Origin: the human T2T-CHM13v2.0 reference genome, Homo sapiens
DNA: 64,000 nt
Strand: one strand, 5' to 3'
Assembly: GCF_009914755.1 (NCBI RefSeq)
Contig: NC_060930.1
Below the pieces are notes generated by a model. It was not told the origin of the DNA, did no database searches, and was given only the letters and a program-made list of their open reading frames with translations. Position 1 is the stretch's first letter. Each line of letters begins with the position of its first letter. Positions 14,320 to 25,522 of this stretch are shown piece by piece. The position numbers were made by a program, and so were the translations under genes.

Positions 14320-14540
14320 AATTCAATGATTAAAACAGCCTTAAATGTCAGGCAGACTTAGGTTAACCTTGAAACTCTAAATTTGGTGGACAAGTTACTT
14401 AACTTCTCTAAGTTACTATGTCTGAGAAATGCAAACAATGAAATTTCCAGCTACACAATATGTGTGAGGCATAAATGAGCAAAATATACTGTATGTAAAA
14501 TAATTAGGGTGTTGGTAGTCATAGTAGTACTATTATTATT
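14320..14540 (+). mobile_element. MIR
   Basis: GTCAGGCAGACTTAGGTT...GGACAAGTTACTTAACTTCTCTAAG...GTGTGAGGCATAAATGAG. Confidence 0.7.
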
Positions 14541-15627
14541 AAATGATTAATAATAGTAGCAGGAGTCACGATGCTGGTAGAGATGCGGGAGATGGTCGTG
14601 ATATTGATTACTGTGATGTAAAGAACATAAAACAAGCTTATTTTGCCAAATCTTGGGACGCTTTATTGACTTCATGATACTTGCCAGTATCTGTGAACAT
14701 TCTACTCAATGTCTCAGTCCAGGTCAGATAAAATTATTTTATAACATTTGATATATAGGTTGACAGCTGTCCCATATTCACCAATACGTTTCAAAATTCT
14801 CTCTCCTTTTTCTCTCCTGCAGTCACAGAAACAATCATGACTACTTAATAAAATGTTAATGGGGTATTTGGACTTTTATTGAATTTTCCCTTAAGAAAAG
14901 CTAAACAGACCAACTCTGAAGATGTATAAAATGTAAAAAATGTGATGGAAGTAGTTTTCTTCAGAATTCTTTAGTTAAATTTGAAGCAAAAGGGAAAAAT
15001 CATAACAATTAGAAAATTCCCCAGTGTCAGGTAAAATATGTTATTACATTTTACTGCCAAATATCAAGTATACAGAGTGTGTATAAAATAGAAAATACCA
15101 GGCATTTGCCTTGGATAGATGTGACTCAAAGATCACCCTGTGATAACAAAGACTTTTTTTTGAACGTTCAAACAGGAAGGGCTGTTGAGATAACCTAAAT
15201 ATCTGGGAATTTATATTTTTATGTCAACAACTCTATCAAAAGCCTGGCTGTGACAATGGCGGGGGGGAAATACTTCATTATTAGCGGGCAGGACATTTGA
15301 TTGTGAATAAATCTCAAAACACAAGATAAAGGACTCTTAGTAGACCAGGTAACTTTTCTAATTTTTGCTAAAAATAGTGACACCATGTTGCCAATGCATA
15401 ACCCAATCTGCAATGATAGAGAAAATATATATTTTTTTGCCTAAGGATTAAAATCAATAAAATTACAGTGAAATTTGAAAAAGGCATATCATGGAGCTCT
15501 CCAACCACTCCTGTAACTAATGGACATAGCTCTTTAGTAGGTAACATTTTTCTCTCTTAGCCCCATTTCTGACTATCAGAGGATAAACTGCAGAAACCCA
15601 AAAAGGAAAGAACAGGAAAGATCATGA

Positions 15628-15954
<327 letters not shown>

Positions 15955-17039
15955 GATACTACACTTTTAAATTACACAGAATGTGCCCGATGTTCTTCTG
16001 AAACATGAAGATAAATGTATGTCATTAATAGGCTCATATAAATGGTTAATGCCTTTAATGTGTCTTCCTAATTTCACATTTTCAAGATAGCTAGGCTTCC
16101 AATTTTTGCAAAACATCTGAACTTTCTTAGTGAGGGGCTTGTTTTAATAAGAGAAAGCTAACAAAAATTCTTCAAATAGCTGCCTCCCACCAGACCTCTT
16201 GTTACCTACAAAAAATGTAAAACCTTACAGGTACCCACTTGGCCTTTTCTGACACAAAATCAAGTTTAGTAATTTCAGCTTGAAAACATAGAAAGGTTAA
16301 AATATAAAGCCCAGAAAATTCCTTGGGACATTTAACTTCAGTTTAGGACTTAAATATATGGCTTCAGGGATCCTTGTAAGAAAAGGCAGAATGGCTTAGT
16401 GGACCAAAGTATGTGAATTGGAATCAGATTCCCGTGAAAGCCAACCTTGAACCTGCCACCTTGCAAAATCCTTTTAATAATTCTGTCCTTAGAATCTTCA
16501 GTTACTAAGTAGGGTGCACTACCTTACACAGGAGCCAGGATGAAAATTTATAACTTATAAAACTGAAGTCACAGTGTCATTAAGCAGATCCTGACTCTAT
16601 TACAACATATTCTGGGCTTAGATTGAGAAATGAGAGGAATTGGATTCAACATTTTTTAGTATATGATGTACTCATTCCAGCGCATAAATTGAATCTACCA
16701 ACTACACCTTCATACACAAAGCAAAACCGCATATTGCCAGTTAGTCATCTTGATAAAAATTGAAAATAAATGTCCTTGCAAATTTTAATATTCTCATTCA
16801 AAATGTTCTCCTCTAAAATTAGAATCAGTTCCCATTGCTTTCATTTTCACATTTATAGCTTATTTTGTAAATGGATAACTCTGAGCAATTTATAATAAGG
16901 TTACATTAATTTACTACAATAAATTTAGAATTCTTAAATTTTACGTATTATTGGCTTTATATGATGTAACACATGGCATAGATGCATTATCATATGCTGT
17001 TTTGTGATATTTAAACAAAGAAGCAAAGTTTATTTCAGT

Positions 17040-17830
17040 TGTTCATCCATTCAATCTATTTATTTGTTCAACAAATAATAATTAAATGCAATAGTCCCAC
17101 TTTAGCCATGGTTTCAGTTATTCAGAGTCAACTGTGCTCTGAAAGTAGGTGAACACAGTACAATAAGATATTTTGAGAGAGAGAGAGAGAGAGGAAGCAA
17201 GCACATTCATATAACTTTTATTACAATATATTGTTATAATTATAGTTTTAAGTTTTTGTTGTTTATTTTTTGCTGAACCTAATTTATAAATTAAACTTTA
17301 TTGTATTTATGTATATATAAGATAAATCATAGTATATATATGGTATGGTACTATCCATAGTTTCAAGCATCTACTGGGGTCTTGAATATATGACATGCAG
17401 AAAAGGAGGGCCGCTGTACCTAATATTTACTAGGCTCTATGACAAATGCTAGGTATACAATGCTAAAAAAAAAATACACTCAAGCTGTGTTCTTGTGAAA
17501 CTTACACTTTAGTGGGAAAGACAAAACTAAAATAAATAAATGAATAAATATATAAATGCACAAATAAGAGCACAAATAAAAATAACTTGAAAAATCACCT
17601 ATAGGAATTAAGCAACGTTTTGTAAGTTTAAACTAGAGAATTGGATCATGCGTCTTAGGCGCAAAATTTAAGCTGAGATCTGGCCTTTAATTAGAAGTCA
17701 GGCAGGTAAAGAACATTCCAGAGAGCTCCTAGCATGTGTGAATGCCTGGAATAGGCAGTCCATTTGTAAGTTCAAGGAACTGCAAGAGGGACAATGTTAC
17801 TGTAGAAGTGAGTTAGGGAGAGAAGGTTTG
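17040..17830 (-). mobile_element. L2 fragment interrupted by MER44A
   Basis: TCATCCATTCAAT..TTCAACAAATA antisense tail; resumes after 17418 with TGCTAGGTATACAATG...CTTACACTTTAGTGGGAAAGACA...GTTCAAGGAACTGCAAG. Confidence 0.7.
17089..17417 (+). mobile_element. MER44A (Tigger7-derived TcMar MITE)
   Basis: CAATAGTCCC...AGGTGAACACAGTACAATAAGATATTTTGAGAGAGAG...GGTACTATCCATAGTTTCAAGCATCTACTGGGGTCTTGAA...GCTG/TA. Confidence 0.85.
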
Positions 17831-18233
17831 GAAATAAAGTTAGGGTGGTATTCAAATCTGTATGCTACAAAAACCCAATTGAACAGTATGGAAGTTAGTT
17901 ATTAATAAAGTGATAATATGACTAAATGTACAATTGGAAAGTACCATTTTGAAATTTGTGAATAATAGCTTATTTGAAGACAAGAATAAAACAAGGAAAC
18001 CAAAGAGAAGTCCAGAAAAAAAAATATAGCGTCTTGAGTTAGAGTGATGCCAGTAGAAATGCAAACAACCGTACCTAGTCAAGAAATGTTGGGTGCATAA
18101 AATTGTCAAAAATATGTAATACATTAGATATTTTAAAATGAGATCAGGAAGTAAGAAGAATAATTCAAAAATATCTATTTTGAGTATCTGTATTATGAAG
18201 GTGACATTTACCTTCTGACATTCACTTTAATAT

Positions 18234-19068
18234 TGAAACGGAAGACTTCCCTTGACCCCTTTGCAAGACTTGCAACAGGGGTAGCTCCTTTATTCAACCC
18301 CTTATGAGAAGGAGCACACAAGTGGACAGGAGCAGGGACCAGAGTGAACGAAAGCTGGAACCACCGGCCTCTTCTCTCCGGCAAAAGCAGGCATTTTGCG
18401 GGCCCCACAGTAGCATCCCAGCATATTACAATGCTCTTTTAGCTCTGCCATGCAGGAGGGTGTATCTGTGACCCCTGGAGCCCCAGAGAGTGTGTTACAA
18501 GCTCAGTGGGCCTTTTGTCTCGTCATGTGGGGTGGCTGCCCTTTGCCAACGAGGGCAAATGGACAATGTGATAGCCTTTTTGGGTTGCTGCATATTGCAT
18601 GTCTCAAATTCTTGTCCAATGCCCAAGAGGAATGAGGTTACACAGACTTGGGACATGGTGAATGCAGAGATTTTATTGAGTGAAGGAAGTGGTTCATAGT
18701 GGGATGGGGAGCTGGAAAGGGGGCTGAGTCAGAAGGTGGTCTTCCCCTGGAGTTTGGCTGTCCCAGGCCAAACTGCTCCCTAACCATACTTAGCAAAACT
18801 CCTCTCCAACCATAGTTTCTAATATCCAGCTGCTTCTTCTCCTCTAGATGTTGAGACACTTCTCTCTTCTGTGTGTGTATGTCGCCTGAGTCTGTGGTCT
18901 GGGGTTCTTATGGGCACAGGATACAGGGCATGGCAGGCTAAAAGGTGATATTCAGGTGGGAAAACAGGGATGTGAAGTTCTCATTTAGGGTCGAAGCTTG
19001 AAGGTGGAACCCTCACCAGTGAACCCTCCCTTTTCTACCTGGTATTTCCCTGCCTCCTGTTCGTATCA
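18234..19068 (-). repeat. 3' LTR of provirus
   Basis: Minus strand TGATACGAACAGGAGGCAGGGAAATACC...CGTTTCA; AATAAA at 18672-18677 (minus); collinear with 22332-23185. Confidence 0.92.
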
Positions 19069-19080
19069 TTTCCCCCCTCT
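19069..19080 (-). other. Polypurine tract (PPT)
   Basis: Minus strand AGAGGGGGGAAA immediately precedes the 3' LTR TG. Confidence 0.88.
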
Positions 19081-19159
19081 GAGGGGGAAATAAATTAGAA
19101 TATGGACGATGACCAATCTTAGCAATTTCTTGCTGACAGGGGCATTGTTTTGGGGAAAC

Positions 19160-19265
19160 AGAAGTCAGATTCCTCCCAGAGGTCTACCCAAGGGTCTCTG
19201 GCAAAAGGGAGCCATCATCCAAGGCTCTGGTTGCCTGACCATTTGGAGTTTGATGGCCTCTAGGC
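19160..19265 (-). pseudogene. env: env TM C-terminal remnant
   Basis: Minus translation [28 protein letters not shown]; AIKLQMV is a gamma-like ERV Env cytoplasmic-tail motif. Confidence 0.7.
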
Positions 19266-19291
19266 AAGAGAGAGGAAAAAAATATATATAT

Positions 19292-19588
19292 GTTTTGTTT
19301 TGTTTTGAGATGCAGTCTCACACTGTCCCCCAGGCTGGAGTGCAGTGGCACAATCTCGGCTCATTGCAACCTCGCCTTCCCAGGTTCAAGCAATTCTCCT
19401 ACCTAAGCCTCCCGAGTAGCTAGGATTTCAGGCACCCACCACCACACCCAGCTAATTTTTGTATTTTTAGTAGAGACGCGGTTTTGTCATGTTGGCCAGG
19501 GTGGTCTCAAACTCCTGACCTCAGGTAATCTGCCCTTCTCAGTCTCCCAAAGTGCTGGGATTACAGGCATGAACCACCATGCTCGGCC
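19292..19588 (-). mobile_element. Alu (AluSx/Sq-like) inserted in the ERV 3' region
   Basis: Full dimer with (GTTTT)n tail; CTCCTGACCTCAGGTAATC diagnostic. Confidence 0.96.
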
Positions 19589-19729
19589 AAAAACAAACAA
19601 GTTTTATAAGGTAAAGTATAGATGGGTTAAACATGTGTATTATACAGAGAAAGAATCTAGTGCCAATGATTGCAGAAATAAGAAGTAAAATATACTAACA
19701 ACATTGTACCCTGAGTAGAAGAGAGATAA

Positions 19730-21026
19730 CTGTTCTTTCCACATCTGTAGCAGTTAACAGGGTACCTTGGGAATTCTGGGGTTTGTGGGTTTGCATAGAG
19801 GCTATTAAAGCTTCTGCCTCTTTCTTGTATCTCTTTATTTCTATTGTAAAACACTGAGGTGTCCACTTTCAGGAAGTCCTCTAAAGTACTACCTGGTCCC
19901 AGGGTCCATTTCTACAACTTCCTCCTTATATCAGAGGCTCCCTGAGTAATAAATTTATCCTGTAGGATTAGTTGTCCCTCAAAGGAATCAGGAGATAGAG
20001 TGGTGTGCTTTACCAAGGCCTCTCTTAGCCTCTCCTAGAAGGCAGTGATATTTTCCTTAAATCTCTGGTCTATCATGGATAGCTTGGTATAGTTGAGAGG
20101 CTTAGTTTTAATCCTATGCACACCTGAAAATGTCTCCTCTTCCATTCTCCCATCTCATCATCGGGATCCCATTTAGGGTCATCCACTGGTACTGCTTTTC
20201 TTCCAGTTGGATAAAGTTCAGTCTTTTTCCTGACACCATATTTGATACAAAGCTCGTCCCCAAATCTCTCTGCCACTTGTAGAGAAGACTGCTTTTCAGT
20301 GTTCATCAGGGTCTGATTAAAAAGTAACATGTCTTTCCAAGAGATTTCAGATACTTGGGCTTAACTCTGGAAAGCCTCTATATATCTGTCAGTGTCATCT
20401 GAAAACTTCCCAAGATCCCCCTTAATTTGCTTTCAGTCCTGTAGAGAGAAGGAGACCTGGACGTTACTGGGGCCAAATTTACCAGGCATTTGTTGGAGGG
20501 GTAAGACTGAGACTGGGGCTTGTCCAGGGTGATGATTTCTAGGAGGTGCCAATCGAGAGAGAGAATCTGGATAGGGAGGATGAGCTTCTGCATCTGTACT
20601 CACCCTTAGGAGCAGGTAGAGAGGCAGCTGGCTCCCCTGCTGGGGGTGCCTCTGGGATTCAATTCTTTAGTCCCCCTGGGACTGCCCCTTGCAGCCTCTC
20701 CTGAGATGGCAAACAGGAGACCTGGATCAATTCTACACTGTCAGTGAAGGTCTGGATTGCCCTGCAAGGTAAAGAAAGCCTGCAAATATGGGGCCTCAGA
20801 CCATTTGTCCTCATGTTTACAGAAAAGGTCCAACTGCCAGATAGTATCAAAATGAATTGTTCCTTCCTGAAGCCAAGCCAATCTTTTATAATTTGGCCAA
20901 ACCTTTGTGCAGAGGGCTACAAAGCTTTGTTCCTTTAGAGTCTGAGGATCAAAGCAGTCTCAGTGACTTCAGGCTGCACTCCAGAGGAGTATAAACTGAT
21001 GATGGTGGAGATCGCTGGTTGCTCAT
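19730..21026 (-). pseudogene. gag: ERV gag pseudogene (MA-CA and first half of NC knuckle), frameshifted
   Basis: MSNQ..TPLECSLK start; PTGRKAVPVDDPKWDPDDEMGEWKRRHFQVCI; MHR-region ENITAF*ERLREALVKHT..EGQLILQDKFITQ; TSVFYNR; NCYRCGK. Confidence 0.88.
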
Positions 21027-22312
21027 TCTGAAAGATGGGGAATAGGCGTCCCTCATTCTCTTCCTTCTTTCAGTGATAACCTGGGGTATGAGGGAGAGAG
21101 AAAGTGGGTGTCCCCTTTCTCTTCTTTTATCCCTGAGTCCCAGCCACCCCGGCAGGTGCCACCCATGGGTGGTGGATTGCACCCATGAATCAGGGAGGGC
21201 CTAGAGAATAGGAATTATCCACACTCACCTATGCTTCCATCCCCCATACTACTGACAACATTTGAGTTCCCCTGGCCTCATCTATGCCGTGGAGAATGGC
21301 CCCTGCCATGAAGTGGGGGCTTAATTGGCAGGAATCAGTCTTGCCCATTTATACCGTGCCTGTTGCCGGGCTTTGGGTCCCTCAGATCTGGTTTTCCTTT
21401 CTAGGGCTGCAATGTGAAGTTTAGAATTGAGTTTGGGACAAAAAGTTGTCTCGGGGGTTCATGAATTCATTTAGATTAAGTTCCAGATGCGCCCTGCCAA
21501 ATTTGCAGTTATCAGCCAGAAGGGGGGCTCCTCCATTATTTTCCTTATTATAAGCAGAACGCTGAGGAAAAGAATTATCTCCCTTAGGGAAAAAAAAAAA
21601 AACTTAAAGTACGAAAGGATGGGAGACGGGGGAGAGTCTCTTGCTCTGTGCAATTGGGTTTCTTCAATTACTGTATTCCTTCCCTGGTTTAGACAAGTAA
21701 GGATCCTTCAACCATGGGAAAAAAGGCTCTGTGGTCACAGGTTCATGGCAGGAGGGGACGGCAAGCAGAAGATGCCAGCCATCTTGCTGTGCAGGGCCTT
21801 GGCAGCAGCTGTGGTTCTCTTCCACCCCTCGTGGCCACTGGGTGTGGCTCATGCACGCTGTGGACATGCCCAAGTACCCAAGCCAGGAGGGGAGTGGGAA
21901 ATGGGGAGAGCTGTAGTGCATCACGTGCCTACAGCTGTTGGGGTGGGGGTGGGAATGGCTCCTCTAAGAACAAAGGGAAACCACATTGTTCTGAACTGCA
22001 CCTCTGATGGGTGGGCCAAACGTAGATTCTGCCTAGTATCATTGCCACAGTCTGTAGCAAAACCCTTAACATTATAAAGGAAGAGATAGGAGCCATTTCT
22101 AACTGTGAAACAAGGAAGGAAAGATACCACAGGAAAATCTGGGTATCTTGGCTGATGCCTTCAGTGGCCCAGGACCTTGTCCTCACCTCACACAACAGCT
22201 AAACCTCTGTGAAGGGAAACAGAGCCAACATTTCTTTCACCCAAAAGAAAGAGAGAGGTGGCAGGGTCTTGGAAAAGAGACAGTTCTGCATCTGAACTCA
22301 CCCTTGTGACAG

Positions 22313-22329
22313 ATCTGGGCAAGTCCCCA
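22313..22329 (-). other. Primer-binding site, tRNA-Pro-like
   Basis: TGGGGACTTGCCCAGAT two bases after the 5' LTR, resembling Pro PBS TGGGGGCTCGTCCGGGAT with CpG-type decay. Confidence 0.75.
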
Positions 22330-22331
22330 GA

Positions 22332-23185
22332 TGAAACAAGAGAATTCCTTGACCCCTTCGCAGGACTTGCAACAGAGGTGGCTCATTTACTCGGCTACCA
22401 CTCTTTACCCTTTATGGGACAGAGCACATGAGCAGACAGGAGTGGGAACTGGAGTGAATAAACACTGGAACTGCTGGCCACTTCTTTCTGGTGAGAGCAG
22501 GCCTTGTACAGGCCATGTGGCAGCATCCAAGTGTGTTACAATGCTCTTTTAGATCTGCCATCCAGGAGGGGGTGCCTGTGATCCCCAAAGCTCCAGAGGG
22601 CATGTTACCAGCTCAGTGAGCCTTTTGCCTCATCACATGGGGTGGCTGCCTTCCACCAGCAATGGCAAAAGGCCAGTGTGACAGCCTTTTTGGGTTCCTG
22701 CACCCAGTGCATCCTGAATTCTTGTCCAGTGCCCAAGAGGAATGAGGTCACACAGACTTGAAAGATGTTGAATGGGGAGATTTTATTGAGTGGTGGAACT
22801 GGCTCCTAGTGGGATGGGGAGGTGGAAAGGGGATAGAGTGGGAAGGTGGTCTTCCTCTAGAGTTCAGCTGTCCCAGACCAAACTCCTCCCCAACCATCCC
22901 TGGCCAAACTCCTCCCTGACTGTAGTCTTCAATGTCCAGCTCCTTCTACTCCTCGCAACATTCAGACAGTTCTCTCTTCTGTGTGTATGTGTCCCCTGAA
23001 TCTGGGGCCTGAGGTTCCTATGGGCACAGGGTAGGGGGTGTGGTGGGCCAAAAGGCAACATTAGGGTGGGAAAGTAGACATGTAAAGTTTTCATTTCATG
23101 CAGCAGGTCAAGGCTTGAGGGTGCAACCCTCACCAGGGACCTCACCGTTTTTTACCTAGTATTTCCCTGCCTCCTGACCATAAAA
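22332..23185 (-). repeat. 5' LTR of provirus
   Basis: Collinear with the 3' LTR; AATAAA at 22782-22787 (minus); outer terminus eroded, no TSD recoverable. Confidence 0.9.
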
Positions 23186-23239
23186 CAAAGCAAAAAGTAA
23201 CAAGCAAAATCTGTCAAAAAAAGAAAAACCAATAATTTA

Positions 23240-23700
23240 GTTAAACTTTTGAGGTAGAAATCACTGAGAAGCATTTAGTGAATATGTCAAATGTTTTTGT
23301 GAATACATAAATTTGCAATTCATTAGCAGGTTTATGGCTGAAGAGTAAATGCAGGGTCATTTAAATCCCTTAGTCATGAAGGACTGATGAGGGAGCAGGT
23401 TTCCTGTAACAATGTGAGTAGAAACCAGATTGAAGTAAATTTTAGAGTGAAAGGGAACAGAATAAGTGAAAATTATAATTCTAAATGGCTTTTTAGAGAA
23501 ACTTACATGAATAAAAACAGAAAGGGTTTTTATATTTTAGATGTGATCTTTGTCAAAGAGGTTTTTTATTTGATTTATTTTATTTTTTAATAAGGGGGAA
23601 TCCTAGGGCATATCTGAATGCTGTAATCATTCAGTTGGAAGAGAAAAATCTAAAGCACAGAGGAGGAAAGTAAGTATCAAATGAAACAAGTTAAGAAAAA
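23240..23700 (-). mobile_element. Degraded L2, possibly the element the ERV inserted into
   Basis: AGAAACCAGATTGAAGT...GTCAAAGAGGTTTTTT...GCATATCTGAATGCTG antisense L2-like motifs. Confidence 0.45.
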
Positions 23701-25224
23701 AGGGAACAAGATTTTGAACAGTGAGGAAGAACTAGCTCCAGGGGCAAACAGAGCATCATATGGGAAAAGTCTTCTCAGATGCTAGATTATCTCTTTCTTT
23801 GTAATTAGGCATTTTAATTATTATTTTTAGAAGAGAGAGGGAGTGGTAATCTTTAATAAATAACCAAATCCAATTGTAAAATAATCTTTCCTTTAATTAC
23901 TCTATTTCTGAAGAGCTATACAGAATAGCCATGGTAAACATTCCTGCTGCAGTTTTACAACAGTTTGTGATGGCCTGTCATTTAAACTTTGGGAAAAACA
24001 GATCAGTATTGACAGTATTGAGCTTCTATTTGAGTATGTATTTGCACAGATACACACAAGGCCCTATGTATGGAGTCACCCCAAAAGCCACAGAATTGCA
24101 ATCATCCTATTTCCCTTATTATATGTCTGTTAGTAACAATTTTTTGCATAAAAACTGCTGAAGGTGATAGAAGAAAATTTAAATGTATGAAAGGAAAAGA
24201 GAGGAACACACAGCTTCTAACCAATGTGCATAGATAGTCTGTGCCTTTTTCGTAGAGGAGGGCTTCAGGCAAAACCATTTCAGTTCACTGTTTTCTCCTG
24301 AGCCTTATGCTTCTCATCTTTTGGTATTTTTGGAAAGTAGATTGGTCTCGGTAGATGTTAACACAAATGAATTATCAAGGTAAAGTGAATGGACATTTGT
24401 ATGGTAGATCACGTCTATCATATGGTAATATAATTTTTGTTTGAATAAATGTACACAGGGGCTACAAATGAACCACTCTTTCAACAACAACCACTAAAAT
24501 AACAATGGTAACTGACAAACTGGTTTCAGAGTGAATAATTTCACCAGTGTGTTTTATAGAGTATAGAGAGAAAAAGCATAAAAAATTCAAACTTCTAACA
24601 GTTAAGCAAAGTGGAATAAACACACGATGAAGAGGTGATCATAGTTGGTTGAATTCAGATTATTTTGACCTAACAAAAGTTATATTATCTCTCTAGTGTG
24701 GGGCAAAATTATCTTTGGGATCTTGTCAACCTAGGATTTTATTAATTAGCATAGGTATTTGCAGACTTTACAAAGAGAATAATTTATAAAATCGAATTTT
24801 TAGCTTTATATAATGAAAATTTTCACATTTGCTATTATAACCTCAAATTAAAAATGACCAAATGAATTTGGTCTTAAAATTGAATTTGATGCAATTCTAT
24901 TTCTATAATATGTTACAATTATACATATATCAGCAGAAGGAAATAGTCCTAATGATGCTTACAAATAAGTATAAAAGTATTGTGATACTGAAATAATCAC
25001 TTGAATATTTTAGGTGCTGAAAGAAAAGTTTACTGAATAACATAATTGATCTTAATGGCTAAATATTTTAATATCTCCAACACTGCAAGATCGTGCTGGT
25101 CACAAATGCCAAACCAAAGTGATTCAAAGAAACAATATGATATCCTTTCTTTGATCACAGATAGAAAAATTAAATCACAAAATTTGTTTGTGTTCTTCCC
25201 TCTAAGAATACCACAGAGTTTTAA

Positions 25225-25522
25225 TTAGGCTTACTATTTTGTAAGTCTTAAAGTCAAGTAAACTGATTCCTCCCACTTTATTTTTCTTTTTCATAATTCT
25301 TCAGCTATTCTAGGTCCTGTGCCCTTCTATGTAAATGTCACAACAAGCTTGTTTATTAAAATTTAAATCAAAAATTTTTATTTAAGTCTACTAAAATCCA
25401 TGGTACAATCTTGATAGAAACTGCATGAAACCAGTTTCAATATCAGTTTTGGAAGAATGGACATTTTTACATTGTTGAATCTTCCAGTTCATGAACATGG
25501 TATGTCTCTCCACTTATTTAGA
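25225..25522 (-). mobile_element. Old L1M ORF2 fragment
   Basis: GGAAGAATGGACATTTTTACATTGTTGAATCTTCCAGTTCATGAACATGGTATGTCTCTCCACTTATTTAG is antisense of the ORF2 KWRDIPCSW segment. Confidence 0.8.

Larger units (their letters stand above)
18234..23185 (-). mobile_element. Internally deleted ERV1 provirus (HUERS-P3 / LTR9-MER61-like): LTR-PBS-leader-gag-[pro/pol/env deleted]-env tip-PPT-LTR
   Basis: Two homologous ~840-bp LTRs in direct orientation, Pro-type PBS, PPT, gag motifs and env C-terminal AIKLQMV motif. Confidence 0.9.

Noticed and set aside
21487-22077. 196-aa ORF
   Set aside because: Antisense to the GC-richer ERV leader, with no recognisable motif; stop-poor by composition.
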